Shown: piece after piece, positions 1-11,864 of the stretch
Numbering within the stretch: position 1 is the stretch's first letter
Layout: each line of letters opens with the position of its first letter
Assembly (NCBI GenBank): GCA_032718475.1
Contig: JAUCBJ010006128.1
Coordinates: 1 to 36,577, forward strand
Direction of reading: 5' to 3'
DNA: 36,577 nucleotides
From: Nemertoderma westbladi
Taxonomy: Eukaryota > Animalia > Xenacoelomorpha
Position numbers and translations under genes: made by a program
The notes under the pieces: generated by a model
The model's input: the letters and a program-made list of their open reading frames with translations, nothing else
Database searches by the model: none
What the model was told of the DNA's origin: nothing

Positions 1-1
1 T

Positions 2-325
2 TACCACATCGATAATGATAAAGTAATAATAGGAAAACTTCAAGGTTATCTGCCATGGTCAGGTCTAACATTACCAATTAATACTAGAATTTTTGGAAAG
101 AAATGTCCTACAAACTGTGAACCTATTCGATTTTTTGGAACTGATCGAGTAGGATTTGTATGTAAACCGGATATTAGTAAATTTGATTTGGAAGTACCGA
201 TATCTAAAATCCACACGAGAGCGTTTAATAATGCAATGGATATTGCTCAACGTTATATTGGTTGTGGGGTAACCAGCAAAAAGAAAACTCGAAAGAAAGT
301 ACAATTTTATTCAAACCCCAGTTAA
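2..325 (+). CDS. 3' part of an ORF encoding a PWWP-like chromatin-reader domain (starts before the window; not in the ORF track)
   Basis: Frame 2 is open from base 2 to TAA at 323-325: ...KVIIGKLQGYLPWSG...CEPIRFFGTDRVGFVCKPDISKF...RAFNNAMDIAQRY... This fits the PWWP pattern VxxKxxGYxxWP...VxFFGT...WV...F...FxxAxxxA. Confidence 0.6.
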   Translation, partial: YHIDNDKVIIGKLQGYLPWSGLTLPINTRIFGKKCPTNCEPIRFFGTDRVGFVCKPDISKFDLEVPISKIHTRAFNNAMDIAQRYIGCGVTSKKKTRKKVQFYSNPS

Positions 326-529
326 TGTTTTTTCGTACAGCTGATGCTCCGCATCTTATAGGGGGGGTTGTGTAGTGGGATATTTCTATATAAAGATATA
401 CTGTATATATATATTGGTAATGGGACCCAAGTGTGCTTTTTATTATAAAATATATTCTGATGTGTTACCGGTACTGATGAGATTTAGGTATAATAAATAC
501 TATCTGACTGTGAACGAAAAACAATTTCT
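268..529 (+). repeat. Dispersed repeat, copy 1 (copy 2 at 34347-34609)
   Basis: GGTAACCAGCAAAAAGAAAACTCG...GAAAAACAATTTCT is near-identical to 34347-34609, with a few substitutions and one indel. Confidence 0.95.
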
Positions 530-634
530 ATATATTATTATTAACAATCTTATTCACTGGGAGCCTAGAACTGTCAGATTTAGATACAGCGATACCCTTA
601 GTGGATAATGTAAGCATAATATACTGCCTCCCAG

Positions 635-1555
635 TTCTGGCGCAGCTGCACCATAAATGGTAAATACAAAGAACTGGTGATTCTCGCTCGTGATTATCTA
701 TCAGCACCGACCGGCAGCATCAGTGGCATATGAGCGCGAATTCAAAGTTGCTAAACAGACGCTCACCGATAATCGCAACCGGTTAATTGTCGAGAACGCA
801 GAGATGCTCATATTCCTCTACTACAACGTTGTGGCTGTTAGGACCACCTCTAACAGTTTATACGATATCGTAAAATCGTTTTAACGTGATATGGAGGGAG
901 ATTATAGAGTGATATGGAGGGAGGGAAGTGTATGGTTAACTTTATTTACTGTTAAAATAGTAAATCGCCTTTTAGGTTTGTATAGTTTTTTATATTATGC
1001 ATTTCTAGGCATTATACTGGCTTGTATTGTATAAAACAAGTTTGCTTTTGTGTCGTATAGTCTGAACCGAATATTTAATTTTTGTTGAAATATTCAAATA
1101 ATTTTCTAAAGTAAATAAATATATAAATTCTGATTTCGTATAACTATGAAATTAATTAGATGTAATTTTTTTATGATACGAAAAAATACAAAACTTTTTT
1201 GTATCATAGCATTTTCTTCAAATCACAATATCACATTGTATCCTTTATTTATACCTTAAAAAATCACCATAATGTGCAAAATAAACGTTCAGCCATCATT
1301 ACAGTAGTTACACATTACATAGGAGAAATTGATTCGTATTGAATCATATTTTTCTGTCAACAAAAACAAAAAGAAATTTAAATTTACTAATTCATGAAAA
1401 AGGTTTACAAAAAATAAATGCCACACTTTTAAAAAGTCGTCAAAAAATGGAGCGTCCAATTAATTCAGCGTTCATTAATTCCAGCTACATTTTTTTGCTA
1501 CCACAAAGCCATACCACTACCGCTACCGCAAAAATTTACTACCATACGATCCCTG
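635..1555 (+). mobile_element. 3' remnant of a hAT DNA transposon (dimerisation-domain pseudogene at 635-830 plus a probable right end)
   Basis: FWRSCTINGKYKELVILARDYLSAP, a frameshift, then PAASVAYEREFKVAKQTLTDNRNRLIVENAEMLIFL matches the hAT C-terminal dimerisation motif. ...ACCATACGATCCCTG (rc CAGGGAT) ending at 1555 resembles a hAT terminus; the end is less certain than the domain. Confidence 0.75.
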
Positions 1556-2197
1556 GTTGCTGTAAGTGTTCAAAAATCAGTAGTTGAAAAACCGCCCACA
1601 GAATTTAATTAATTTTGATCGTAAAGAACAAAAGTAACTGAAAGCTCTAAAAATGGGGCATAAACTGACATTCGAAATTGAACACCAAAAGGTAATCAAA
1701 TCAAATCAAATATTACACTGATACAAAAAAATTAATTTCGAGACATCACTACAATTTTATACAGTAAAGGTAATTACAATTGATTATTACAATTTTATAC
1801 CAGCTCTGAAAAATTAATTTTGACTGATATTACCCTTTTATACAGAAAAATTTAACTCAACGTGTTATACTGGTTCAGCATATATATAGCTGTATAATTT
1901 GGTTTTGGTTGGTTTCCTAGGCATTTAAGCAATGTTTGCACCCCTAATAATCCTAGACTTTGAATAAAGTTTTCGCTATGGCCGAGATTTCCCCATTACT
2001 GAAAGGTGTTACAAAATAACTTACAAATAATTCCATTCCGTTCCATTCAATATTTACTTAACTTAATTAGGCCTAACAGTAATACAAAACATTATGACAA
2101 ATTAACTACGAAACAATTTGAAACACCATACTGCCATAAAAATCATAACAAATATTTAATTACAAATATTTTATTATAATTTCAATTCAATAGTTAA

Positions 2198-4667
2198 CAC
2201 TAATCCTAGTGCGACTTTTGATCTGCTTACTTTAGTGTTTCGACTACATTTGTAGCCCATATATTTTAAACTGTCCAAATCGTAAATTTGTTAAATATTG
2301 TTGAAAGCGCTATTTTTTTTATGAAATAACTAACTGTAAGGCCAGGGCATATTAATCACAAAGACTCAAATACATCAACAATCAGTAGACATGTACCGTA
2401 CTGTAGGCTAGATTATAATTTCAGAAAAGTTAAAATCCCCCTGTTCACTCACTACAGTATCAAATCAACAACAACGTATACTATCAATATACTGTAGGCT
2501 AGCTAGGCTTACCACTACCAGTATCCTGGTACCACTACAGTTATACAGTTATTACGGCTATTAGGTAGTTAGGAGCATTGGGTACATTTCTTGGAAATCA
2601 CTTGGTGATCCTTACAGGTTGCTCTTCCACATGTGTCACATCGAACTCGAGTTGAAGAATTTGCTCGAGGACACAATCCACATTTCTGTGGACCACTGGA
2701 TGGGATAGGGCCTAGTTGAAGAAATTTCTGTCTCATAGCCCAATATTGCAGATGCAATTCTCGAAGCTCTTGGGAGTCGGAACGTGTTTAACCTGTTTTT
2801 GATGTTTGGCTCTGCTAGAGCCAGAGCCAGAGTTTTCATGAAAAGTCCTGCCGTTCTGCTTGTACTTATTCTTCTTCATTAGCAGAAAACTGTTGATGGT
2901 TGAAATATCGATTATATTAAAAAAAGACAGACAGTGGCCACCGGTTTGTCTTCCGTTTGCAGGTGAAGTGCTCAACTCTGCCATCCATCAGGTCGACTCC
3001 AAACTTCATCCGATTGTAGTCTTCAATCATCAAGGGTTTTCCTGCATTATTGACCTCGAACCGATCATGACTACTACTTAGAAGAACGACGTTTTTATTT
3101 TTCTGTGGAATGTAGGAGACAATTGTTATCTAGTGATCTTGGTTGTAAACGAATATTACTGTATTTGTCTTTCTACCTTTTGTTTCCCTCAGCTCCTTCG
3201 GAATTTATTTTCTATTGGCTCTTATAGTGCCCAATAAAGAGAGTTCCTTCTCTTTGAGTGGAACGCCTAGGTTGAATGATCCCAATGATGTAAAAAAGTT
3301 ATCTGTAGTAATATTACGACCAGTGCGATAAAATGGTTTACTTAGATTCATTCATTCCCAGCTAAACCTTTATGAACAGGCTCTCCTTCCTCCTTCCCTC
3401 CATAAATTATGCCTCTTAGCGCAAAGCCAGTAAGTGCTTCACATGCCCAAAAAATTTTCAATCCAAATTTTTTCAGCTTCTTTGGCATGTAAGTGCGGCC
3501 TGGCATGCGCTGTTCATCGATCGTGATGTCATTTTCTGAAATGATAAACTTCAAGAGTGTCGCCTAAAACATCTCCCAAATGTTGCGAATGGCCGCAAAC
3601 TTATCCGTTTTCTTACGATCATCTCTGGTTGCAATGTTGTCAAATCGCAAGCATTGCAACAATGCTACAGTTCAACCAGAGTTTGGTGAGAGCTTTTGAA
3701 GACACCTGCCATAATGAGTATGCCAAAACCTTCACGAAGTTCTGTGATTGTAAATTCCTTGAACATTTTAGCGGAAGTTCCAATGGGATGTTTTTTTTAG
3801 AAACAGAATCCTACCCCGCCTATTAGATTCATGCAATATAACATACATAATTTCCTCCGTAAATAAAAAACTTTCAATTTCACTGGGTGGGTTTGTTATG
3901 GGTCGTGGTCTAAACCGTACTATGTCAGATTTACTTCGTTTTGCTGGTGGCGGTTGTACGTCAGTATACAGTATACAGTATACCTGATTTTGACATATAA
4001 GATTCCACAGCAGGAATTGTATCTGCTGAGTCAGAACTATCAGTATCACTATCATTGGAGCTACCACTACTATATTCAGACTCAGACACTATGTTATCAA
4101 AATCTGAGAAGTTACTAAGGGTCCCATCATCCTGAAGTGGTAGGCCTACCACATCATCAGCATTCCCGTGGCTATCGGTACCAACATTAGCAACATTATC
4201 CCCCTCATCAAGCCATTGCTGTACATCTAACGTTTCTACTGCCTGTCTTAGAACTCTTTCCAGACCATGAGTTTCCATAAGTATTTAATTGTAATTCGAA
4301 GTCATTGTGTCAGAATACCAGTAATTGAAAGGTCTGTATGTATACTGCTGTCTCCAAGATAGATCATTACTGTCTACTTACTGAATTACCTGGCGAAATA
4401 TTCTGATTATTATCCTCGAATCACTGTTATAAATAGTGTTGAAAGTGGGGCTACAAATGTAGTTCATATACTAAAGTAAAGGAAATTTATGAATATATAG
4501 CCATAGGTTGGTCATATGGATTAGATTTTTTAGCAGGAAATAGCCAATAGTTATCCTGACAGATAGAAAGTACCATACCCCTCCACTATTTTGATTGGTT
4601 ACATGGCAGCTGTTTAAATATAAGTGGGCTACAAATGTAGCACACACATTGCTACACAGGATTAGTG
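2198..4667 (-). mobile_element. Full-length but decayed piggyBac element with TTAA TSD
   Basis: TTAA(2194-2197)-CACTAATCCT ... AGGATTAGTG-TTAA(4668-4671). Internal inverted motif CTACATTTGTAGCCC (2244-2258) versus GGGCTACAAATGTAG (4448-4462 and 4626-4640). Confidence 0.93.
2569..4278 (-). pseudogene. piggyBac (PGBD4-like) transposase pseudogene
   Basis: Acidic N-terminus; ITIDEQ, RNITTDNFFTS and DYNRMKFGVDLMD form the DDD triad; C-terminal Cys-rich domain KCGLCP...RCDTCGRATCKDH...KCTQC. Several frameshifts and stops. Confidence 0.92.
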
Positions 4668-4789
4668 TTAATTAACAAATACTCATTTGCATGAAACATT
4701 ACAAATAAACAGGTAAGTAAGTTCTTGTTCTCGTTCCACTGCAGTATTTACAATTGGGAGGCAACTCTGGACCGAATACATGCCGGCAC

Positions 4790-5000
4790 CACCCACCAGT
4801 ACCAAACACAATTTTCTATCAAGGAAATATTTTATATGGTGAATATGGAAGGTGGGCCATCAGGTGCCTTTGCCTTATATGGTGTTACCGCTAATGGATG
4901 GTTTTTTGGCCAGTTTTATTTGAATTTAAATTTAAATTGTCGTTAACTTGTGAACTACTTTTTCGATTAAAAAAATAGTTATTCGACAATTAGATGGATG
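4790..5000 (+). pseudogene. pogo/Tigger-like DDE_1 transposase remnant
   Basis: PVPNTIFYQGNILY / EGGPSGAFALYGVTANGW / KIVIRQLDG resembles PxxIFKGKxL..GGPxGxxY..S.NGW...LILDGH. Confidence 0.5.
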
Positions 5001-5208
5001 ATACAGTGCTTAATATAAGGCATTACATTTTTATAAATGTGTTATTCAAATTGTGAAAAAATATAAAAACCTAAATTTTTCAGTTCACTTTATCCCATGT
5101 TACCCTATTGTAAATGGTAGACACCTCCCGACCAATTATTACCAATGAAGTTATTTGATGTTCACACCTCAAGCAATCCCACCATTTCGAAATCATAAGC
5201 ACAACTCG

Positions 5209-5474
5209 TTTCGTATGGTCCATAAATTATTTCCCTCCCACATGTGATCGGCTCTCTGACTAGTTGAATTCCTGGACCTCTGTATTGAATGTGTGGGAAA
5301 TATATGTAACTAGTTTAGAATGTAGGCCTTTCGAATCCACCTTTCGTATGGTCCATAAATTATTTCCCTCCCACATGTGATCGGCTCTCTGACTAGTTGA
5401 ATTCCTGGACCTCTGTATTGAATGTGTGGGAAATATATGTAACTAGTTTAGAATGTAGGCCTTTCGAATCCACC
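5209..5474. repeat. Perfect 133-bp tandem duplication
   Basis: 5209-5341 equals 5342-5474 (TTTCGTATGGTCC...TTTCGAATCCACC). Confidence 0.95.
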
Positions 5475-6537
5475 TCTCAGGTTTGTTGGTATTTGTATTG
5501 TATTTATCACAACAAATTACGTATGTAAACAATTTAACACATTGTTTACATCAACAAATTGTTTACATCAATAAAAGCGATGTCAGTGTCATGATTTACA
5601 TGAAAGATGATTGTCATGAAAGAACAGGAAGTATCCCTTGATACACAAACAAACACCGACTTTACATCAAGAACAATAGGCTAGTCAATGGATAGAATTC
5701 GGATACAATTCGCCTGGTATATGACTTGATAAGGTTTGTATCTTCTTCTATGACAAACAATTTTATTGAAGAAACTTTGGAATTTAGCTATAATTAATAA
5801 TTGAAATAGGTCAATTGAAGAAAACTACCTAGAAAATAGATGGAATTATTGTTTGTTGCAATGATAAAATTTGAAAATTTTGAACAATTATATACTGTGC
5901 CAAATATATGTGTGCCCGCCCATACATATTTACAGGATTGAAAAACCTTGTAAAAACTTATTTGCAAAACTGTTCAAAGTTTTATCGAAACATGGTCAGA
6001 ATTTTACATTATTTTGACCTTGTCTATTCTGACCATGTCTCTTTAGCTGGTTGAACACCAATCAGTTTCATTGCCATCCTAAGCCCAGCCAATGCTGTCA
6101 AAGTCTCGAACGCTGTTGAACCATTGGTCAAATCATCTCAAAAGCCATCTCCCTCTTGAACAGATTTTCCTTTTCCAATTTCATTTATTGATTTATTGAT
6201 TATTTCCAATTTCGATTATTCATCGCAAACAACACGCATTATAGTCAAGTAGACAGTGGCGACCACCGTTCAAATTGGGTATGACTGCAGTTTTTTTTGC
6301 TGAAAGTGTTAACTTGTATAAGCCATTTGAAATTATGTTATATTTCACATACTCCGCATTGAGCATTTTTCTTTAGAACACTATTTATCTTAACGACAGA
6401 TGTTTTACATAGCAACAATAATAAGTTAACTGGCAGGGGTATATTTACCTATTGAGACACTTGTCATTCATAAATAAGAAGAAACTAAGCAGTAGAAACT
6501 AAAAATTTAAGGAATAAGTATTATGGTTGCAGTTAGG

Positions 6538-7116
6538 AGTTACAAATTTTGTGTTAGCGGATCCATTCCGCTATGCATACCAACCACAAAATGGGGGGGG
6601 GGGGGGGGGGATTTACCACATTGGCTATCAAGGTAATCAACAGGGCATACCGGCAAGGGATGATGCAATAGGGCCAGCTGGGCTGTGGATTAACAATCCA
6701 CCTCAGTGGCTAGAGGCTAACCAAAGGTCTAAGGGAGGTAGATCCATGGGGTGGTAAGTAGCCAATGGGAGGCCAGCACATGGCAATGAGCGTATCGGTT
6801 GGAGGCCAACAACGTGTCAGCCTATTAGGCTGTATTTTCCCCTTTACATATATTAATGGTTACGTGTATTCCAACCAGATTGCATTTTACTCATTATGGT
6901 ATAGGAGAAGTGGCTGTTGCCACTACCGCTAACTATTCATCAGTCTATAGTCAATCGATTAACAACAGCAAAGTTCAACAGACAAACTCTTTATTCAACA
7001 GCCTACGGCCAAGTCAGTCCATCCATCAGTCAGCCAGTGTGCGCGTAGGAACAACCACGACCTAGTCAACCGGTCGGGATCTTGCGCCATCCGAGATCCC
7101 GTCACATTTTGTAACA
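6538..7116. mobile_element. Possible solo LTR or TGT..ACA-ended element
   Basis: Imperfect inverted ends AGTTACAAATTTTGTGTTAGCGGATC and GATCCCGTCACATTTTGTAACA around a 580-bp, GC-richer interior with a CCAAT motif. No clear TSD. Confidence 0.35.
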
Positions 7117-7245
7117 TTGATTGCACGTGTTATGGCAAACACTGTTACTGGTAGTGAACTTGTAATACATACATATCTCGGTGTGCAATTTGGAGCTCAT
7201 CTTTGTGGCCAAGAAATGCATCCACATACCTCTCTCTCAGGAATA

Positions 7246-7247
<2 letters not shown>

Positions 7248-7327
<80 letters not shown>
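7248..7327. repeat. (CT)~40 microsatellite
   Basis: Uninterrupted CT dinucleotide run. Confidence 0.98.
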
Positions 7328-7328
<1 letters not shown>

Positions 7329-8219
7329 ACTCTCTCTAGACTATCGGAAATATCTCTATACTAGCGGAAATATGTTCATTCGAACGAATGTGAACCTCGT
7401 GGCCGACTCATTTATGGATGCAATGGCACAGGTTTATCCTTAACGAAGTAGCAGTGGTTACCCAAACTGATATGTTGTTTATGTAGGGTGATATTCAGTA
7501 TTGGCAGTGGAATGTGAAATGAAAGGTGAAGGAATGTCGATGAAATAACTTTTGCATTTGTGGTAGTTAGTTTTAGTTTAATTTTTGATAATAATATATT
7601 TATTTACACGTTATGACAGTCCTTGTTCGCACACTTGCAATAAAAATTTAAAGCCCAATTTAGAAATTGCTGCGTCAACAACTAGTGGCGGCTGCATATT
7701 ATTGTCTTCAGCCGCTCTCCAGAATAATACTTGCGAGCATACTCTTCTTATATTATTGACTGCTGCAGTATCCGTTGGATGTAAACTTCATATCTGAAAT
7801 ATATATACTTTCATTATATTTTGTGCATGATATTTAATTTAAAAGTTAAAGTTCTAGTTAAAAGTTCTAGGAATCAAAATTAAACTCTCTCTATGGAAGA
7901 ATCGATGCAAATAACAGCTGGTTACTCCAAAAAGTAAAACTATATCTGACTTTCGTTTATTGTTTTGGTTAGAATAACATGCTACTGTAACCGGCTTCTT
8001 TCCCTAAATTGGAAAATTAACATCGAGACGAAATAGTAATTAGCCTAGGCTAAATGGGATTTGCATCAAGTTTCCCCCCTGTCTCAGTCTCCCTCTTCAA
8101 TAGGAAGTAGGGGTGGGTGCTACTTCTATCCCAAGGTTTGCTCCCAGTAATTCAATATGGATGGTCGTTTGTATTCCCAGTTCTGCAAGTTCAGCAGAAA
8201 GCAATTCGGACAATGTATC

Positions 8220-8515
8220 CAGACCTCCAGAGAAGCATTAAAAAGCATGTCCCATCATAAAGCGAGTGGATTGGTTGAAATCCTTGCAGTGGTATGTAAA
8301 ACAGGAGCGCTGAACAGACATTATTGGATATTTGCAACCAGATGCTGAAAGGGGAAAAGCCAACACCAATTTGGACTAAAGGTCAACTAAAGCCTCTCCC
8401 CAAGCAAGGAGACCTCGGCATACCAACAAACTATCGTGGGATCTGTCTGCTTGTGGTAGCTGACAAAATATACAATAAAATGATTCTATATAGAATTAGA
8501 CTTCACATAGAGAAT
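8220..8515 (+). pseudogene. RTE-like LINE reverse-transcriptase fragment (start of RT)
   Basis: ALKSMSHHKASG...ICNQML...WTKGQLKPLPKQGDLGIPTNYRGICLLVVADKIYNKMILYRIR matches the PxPKKGD...NYRGISL...K.Y motif. Confidence 0.85.
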
Positions 8516-11500
8516 GCTACTCTTTTATGTTTGGGTACCAGCAATATGTTCTAGAACATTTATTTGTATCAAAAAATTAAAATTAGCTATTATAAAATTA
8601 TGTGATACGGCCGTGGCTAAATTAGATTGGATGGAGACGTTATTAAATGCTTTTTAAACAATAATTCTAAAGCAAAAATACAAATCTTCACAAATAGGGA
8701 GATATTTTAAATATTAAATAGTGGCGTACGTTAAGTATATTACCTGTAAAAGTGACGTAACAACTTCGATAGAATCGGGTTCCCAAAATAGTTAGGTCTT
8801 CACTTCACAAGCTCACTAGTCACTATCTCCCAAATCCATCGAAATCTTCACATATCCAGCCAAATATTCGTATCACGGCAATCTTGTTTCGCAAATGGCA
8901 AAAATGCCTTTCTCAGATTGCTATCGCTGCATTTTATCATGCATTTCCAACTTTTGGATTTTTTGGATCTATCGACTTACATTCCTTTCTGCAGATAAGG
9001 CAATTTTCTCAAAACTATAAATGTCACTATTAATCGCAATTTTTTAATTATGTTAGACGATTAGACGAAGCAGTCATCGCCTCCAACTCTCTTTTCATTG
9101 ACTAAATGTAGCCTATTACTGCAATGTTTTGCATTATATAATTATTAATAATTACATAAAACATAATATTCTAGAATGTTTAATTTAGTTGCTAACACAT
9201 TCTCTACATAGCTTAATATTTTTTGGCAATTTTGTTATGATTTTACCCTCCAAACAAACGGCAATAAAAAAAATTGCTCAACCTTTCCCAAAGTCTTTAT
9301 AGCGAAAATGTATTGTTATAATGTGGAACAACATCCTGAGCAAATAAAATTGCAGTCATACATACGCTGGAGAACGGTTCGTCAGTAAAATGTACCAAGC
9401 GTCTACTCGACTATTAGGTAAAATACATTATGTAAATAAAATTTTATATAGCCACTGGCTTAATATTTCCGTATGATTTCATGAGCAGATCTAGCAATTC
9501 ACGATAAGTTACAAAAAAATATACATTCCAGAAATTTGCTCGAGGTAATGATGACTTTAACTCGAATTGATATGGGGGTTATTCTTATTCCATTTGTATA
9601 AATGTATGACACTAATCTCATTTCCTTCATCATCCAATAATTTGGATACCAATGTGTAATTACAAAAGAACAGTTTATATTTGGCATTTAGAAAACTTGC
9701 ACTCAGTGCCACTCTGGCTGTGCACTTGACCATCAGTTTTGTCAGGGCAAAGTATGTTCCTACTCCTCACCTTAAGCTTCGATGATGTTTAACGGCCTTT
9801 CAACTCTAAAAAATGAAAATTTTTTTTTTGCCTGAAACAACACTTATATATGTCCCTAATATTGTGTAAAAATCTCAGACCTCAATTTAAATTGAGAGGG
9901 CTCTGAAATTGACATTTTCTGTGACAAGTCTGGCGTAAATTGTGCTATTTCGGCCATGTTTTTGGTGATAGCAACGAGCCACATTTGCATTAATGATTTA
10001 GGATTTACAACAGCCTTATCTTTTGGTGGGAAATTTAAACTTGTTGAAATGTCTGATCAGTCTGCACTGCTGGGTGCTGATTCTATCATATAACACTGTA
10101 ATACTGCTGTACTGCAGTATTGTAAAGCAGAACATAACACTATCAGACTGTGGCATAATTTAGTATAGATAAATAATAAAATACTAGCATTATTGGTGAA
10201 AGGGGCAGGTTAATATATACAATATTTTTTTTAACCAAAACAATAAACAAAGCCCATTAACACAGGATACAAAAGAAGCAGCTGTTATATTGACACAGCT
10301 TCTAACCTAAACAATAAACGGAGTCAAATAATTCAGGTCATAATAGGTTTGGCAAAAAGGGTAGGCTACTGTATCCAATTACTGAATTGCAGTTCAATTA
10401 GTCAGTCTGTTACATAGTGTCTTAAAATTGTCAGGTAGGCCTTTTTGTGTCTTAGCCTTATGTTTTTGGGGGTAATTGATTTTATACTTGGTTTGGGTAC
10501 CGGTATTTACATTATCAGCGCTTCGGAACTATGGCAATAATGTCCCCAATTTTACTGGTATTTTGTTAGGTATGACTTAGTTCAGTAGTAACATGACAGA
10601 TTACAGGACTTCTATGTAGGGCATTTTATAGTGTTGTATTATCCAGTAGTAGGCTTGTACTCGCTTTGTTGAAAAATTTATATTATTATTCCACAACTGG
10701 TACCAGTACATTGTTATTTTGCGATGGGTCAACAGATAACTCGGAAATCTTTCCGAGGGAATCAATATGTTGGAAAAGATAAGAAGTCTGCTAAACTTCA
10801 AACTAGAAGGCCAAGTGCATCAAAACGAAAACTCCAATCTTCAAGCTCTTCTACTGAATTGCCAACAACTAATAGAGATCATTCCAGCAATATTATTATA
10901 AATACTGAATTGTTATCTAATGCAATTAGTGATGCCACAGTGTGTCAGGACTGTCATGGTAATGTAACCCTGAAGTTCCTTCCTGCTGATGGTCTAGCAG
11001 TAAAACTAATATTGTAGTGTCACTCTTCCAATTTAAAGACCAACTTCTTCTCTTCACCAAGGACTGGAGAATTCAAAAGAGATCATCAAAGACATTTCGA
11101 TATCAATGTCCATTCGGTATATGGATTGAGATGTATTGGAATAGGCAAAGCTCAAGCAGATACTCTTCTGTCAATAATGGATTTGCCAAAGACTGTACAG
11201 AAAATTCAAACAATCCAAAAGAAGATACTACTTTCTATTTTAAAAATGTCAGCTGAAACATCAATGATTGAAGCGACTAGAGGTGCGATTTCCGTTAATT
11301 CGCTTGACACAACAATCAATGCCTGTGATATTCCTGTGAGTATTGATGGGACATGGCAAAAAAGGGGCCATGTCTCTAAATGGAGCTGTTTCAGTCATTA
11401 GTGTCGACACTGGGAAGGTCATTGATTGTGAATCTCTGTCAAAACAGTGCCAATGGTGTAGTACAGCAGGAAGAACTGCTGGCAAGGTTGCAAAGGCTGC

Positions 11501-11864
11501 ACATAGCGCTTTCTGTGTAAAAAATTATGAAGGGAGTAGTGGAGGGATGGAATCTGCCGGTGCTTTTAAGATATTCCACCGATCTGTTGTGGAACCATAT
11601 GGTCCATCTGTAACAATTGATAAACTGGAATGCATTGCTCATGTCCAGAAAAGAATGGGTACACGCTTGAGAAACCTGAAGTCATCATATAAAGGTCAAC
11701 GACTGTCAGATGGAAAGTATATTGGTGGTTCAGGCAGACTGACAGATGAGAAGATAACTAATTATGGGATAATTATGGAAGAGCAATACGCGAGAACTCT
11801 GAATCAGTCCGAGCAATGCAAGAAGCCATATGGGCAACCTATTTCCACATGCTTTCCTCAGATG

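Noticed and set aside
375-608. ORF duplicated at 34455-34727 as a gene pair
   Set aside because: AT-rich, non-ATG start, explained by the non-coding dispersed repeat.
6030-6180. Minus-strand protein-like stretch as a host exon
   Set aside because: It contains a stop, has no recognisable family, and has no supported splice context.
7117-7329. ORF with poly-SL tail and slight similarity to ORF 26023-26241 (GVQF)
   Set aside because: The tail is the (CT)n microsatellite, and the similarity is too short to support homology.
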